DNA of 64,000 nucleotides from a virus: the IMG/VR virus record IMGVR_UViG_3300035210_000132, positions 92,596 to 156,595 of that record; one strand, given 5' to 3'. Within the stretch, counting starts at the first letter, position 1; every line of letters starts with the position of its first letter. The position numbers and the translations under genes are program-made. The notes under the pieces are model-generated. The model had not been told where the DNA came from, made no database searches, and saw nothing but the letters and a program-made list of their open reading frames with translations. Shown here in pieces: positions 62,129 to 64,000 of this stretch.

Positions 62129-63100
62129 ATGATCATGCTTGCTCAGACGATCTCTGTCGAGAAAGCATCAAGTGAACCGTATCTGTTACGGCAGCTGATC
62201 CTGGAAGCGTCTGTGCTAGCTTCCCATATTTACGCGGATCTCGATGGCATAGTGTCGTTGTTGCTGGCCAAACAGATACGCGCCTCAGCTGGAAAGCCAC
62301 CGGCTGAGGTTTTGTTCATCCAGGCCAACACCTCCTTTCTCGAGGAAGGTGTCCTGGCGCTCGATATGGGCGAAGGGAGGGGAGTTCAGAGATTAGGAGA
62401 TGGTTATTCTATAAAAGCATCGGCTCTAGGAGGAAGTGCCACGATGGCGGTCCTCCGCTGCATGGATCCGGAAGACCATCACATCTTCCGTTCCTGGGCC
62501 AAGGCCGTCAGCAACGCTGACGAAGGACGCAACATACACACGCAGACCATGGAGAGACATGGGGATCTCTACGAAGAGGAGAAGAGCCAGATCAAGACTA
62601 CGGTTGACTGGTTCACCCACGGCTCTTTGATGCGGGTGATGGGGGATTATGAGCTCCTGTACTGGTGGGAGCAGAAGTTCCGGGGCATGCTTGTATCGGG
62701 CAGGATCGCCAAGGTAGCCGCAGAGCAGGCACGAATAGCAGAGTTTTTGTATCACAACCTGTTTGCTATTCTTCCTGAGAACGCCTCGAGTGACGCCACG
62801 AAGTTCGTCACCAAAGCTGGGGCAGTAATTGTGACGTTCTCCGCCTCGATGGGAGGGAATCGGTGGAAGCTTGGGCTGACCACCCGGAGCAACTTCATAA
62901 ACTTTGCGACCATCGGCAACCGCATGCTCGAGGAATTCCCCGACATCTTCGTCGACCAGCGGGGGCGCTTGATTGGTTGGACTGCGAAAGGCCCTTTGTG
63001 CTGCACAAGAAAGGAATACGAAGAGCGAAAGGCGGCGTTCCTGTGCGTCGCTAAGGAAGAAGTTCTTGTTTACCTGAAGGCGGAGGGCTTCTTGACATAG
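62129..63100 (+). CDS. hypothetical protein
   Basis: RBS 'gaaggagg'. Confidence 0.5.
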   Translation: MIMLAQTISVEKASSEPYLLRQLILEASVLASHIYADLDGIVSLLLAKQIRASAGKPPAEVLFIQANTSFLEEGVLALDMGEGRGVQRLGDGYSIKASALGGSATMAVLRCMDPEDHHIFRSWAKAVSNADEGRNIHTQTMERHGDLYEEEKSQIKTTVDWFTHGSLMRVMGDYELLYWWEQKFRGMLVSGRIAKVAAEQARIAEFLYHNLFAILPENASSDATKFVTKAGAVIVTFSASMGGNRWKLGLTTRSNFINFATIGNRMLEEFPDIFVDQRGRLIGWTAKGPLCCTRKEYEERKAAFLCVAKEEVLVYLKAEGFLT

Positions 63101-63138
63101 GAGGTCCTCGGGTAAGAAGAGTAGTTATGATATTTTTA

Positions 63139-63172
63139 AGGGGACCTGCACTTATACGGGTTCCCCTTTTTA
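63139..63172. terminator. Bidirectional Rho-independent terminator
   Basis: 'ggggacctgcacttatacgggttcccc' + 'ttttt'. Sits between convergent genes. Confidence 0.6.
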
Positions 63173-63175
63173 GCT

Positions 63176-63808
63176 CTAAGGTTTGACTCGAGCTCGTATG
63201 TCGACGATGTCTTTCTCGGAGGTGTTCACGCGGCGCTCTAACTCTCGGAATTCTTCCCGCTCAGGGTACCTCGACCCATTCCACAACCAGCCTCCGATGG
63301 TGATTCCAGTAGGGATAAGGATAACTGCTATCCAACCCAAGACTCTCCAGATGGTAACGCGAGGGTTAACCTTGTCCTGCAGCGTCATGAAAGAAGACTG
63401 GATCCCAGTGAGCGAGGTCTCTAGCTTCTGCACTATCCCAGATTGACGACCCTCGACCTCCCTGAGCGAGCTGGCAATCTGGCTCTCTAGCTCTCTTCTA
63501 GTAGTACTGATCAAGCCCTCTATGTCATGCCGATTGGTGACGTCCTTGGCCTCTAGTTCACGCCGGATAGTTTCCAGTTTGGTCTCGAGCTGTCGCTGGA
63601 TCCCCAACAACTCCTTGGTGTGAGCCTCATCAGAGTTGCGCAAGTTGGAGAGCTGCCGGTCTCCTTCTTTGAGGCGGCGAACAATGTCGTTAAGCTCTCT
63701 CTGGAGATACCAGGTCCTCGTCCCGATACTTTGCTCCTCACCTACCTCACCTACTGGTGCGGCATCCTCAGAGTCAGAGAGATTACGTGGCGACTCTGAC
63801 ATGGTCAC
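63176..63808 (-). CDS. coiled-coil protein with C-terminal transmembrane anchor
   Basis: Heptad-rich 'ELESQIASSLREVEGRQSGIVQKLETSLTGIQ'. TM 'VLGWIAVILIPTGITIGGWLW'. RBS 'gaggtg' on the minus strand. Confidence 0.5.
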   Translation of the reverse strand: MTMSESPRNLSDSEDAAPVGEVGEEQSIGTRTWYLQRELNDIVRRLKEGDRQLSNLRNSDEAHTKELLGIQRQLETKLETIRRELEAKDVTNRHDIEGLISTTRRELESQIASSLREVEGRQSGIVQKLETSLTGIQSSFMTLQDKVNPRVTIWRVLGWIAVILIPTGITIGGWLWNGSRYPEREEFRELERRVNTSEKDIVDIRARVKP

Positions 63809-64000
63809 CTCCTGATCGTACGAGTATCGCTTGGATGGCCTCTAGTGAAAAGAAAGAGCCCCATCGGGGGGCTGGTCCCGAGGGGCTCGAGGATTCTTTC
63901 TTCTCTTGGGAGGCTTAAAAGAAGAAAGAAAGGTCTAGCGGTAGTGCTGTTGCGCAAGGAAGCGCGCAGCTCGTGCTACCTTCTCAATAGCTTCTTGTCC

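Overview
High-GC (~57-60%) window. Almost all genes sit on the + strand, with compact RBS-led ORFs, homing endonucleases, and a very large tRNA island, so this is most likely part of a large dsDNA bacteriophage genome (jumbo-phage like). From left to right: (1) two tandem LamG-domain proteins, a divergent cell-wall hydrolase pair (MltA/3D-like transglycosylase and M15 peptidase, each with a peptidoglycan-binding domain), a LigD-like phosphoesterase+ATP-ligase fusion, and a Dam methyltransferase. (2) Small ORFs plus a thyX gene split by a group I intron that carries an HNH homing endonuclease. (3) An ~850-bp non-coding array of short GYGAC iterons directly upstream of a protein with a RAMP/Cas6-like glycine-rich loop. 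(4) A GHKL-ATPase (rIIA-like) gene and its partner. (5) A ~21-kb tRNA island (18.6-39.9 kb) with at least 36 tRNA genes, including complete Leu and Ser sets. Several have non-canonical anticodon loops, and three have an encoded CCA fused to the AUG of the next ORF. The island also contains small ORFs, a GGDEF diguanylate cyclase, a NUDIX hydrolase, a homolog of the eukaryotic Major Vault Protein next to a 2H phosphoesterase, a stand-alone receiver domain and another HNH nuclease. (6) From 40 kb onward, nucleotide-metabolism genes (dCMP deaminase), AT-hook/histone-like proteins, and then single-gene cassettes each with a conserved GATAAGAATA-type promoter and an intrinsic terminator. This part includes a ~1-kb poly-C/AT-rich non-coding region and a CobS/CobT-like MoxR AAA+ / VWA pair. 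No rRNA, CRISPR array, integrase or transposase was found.
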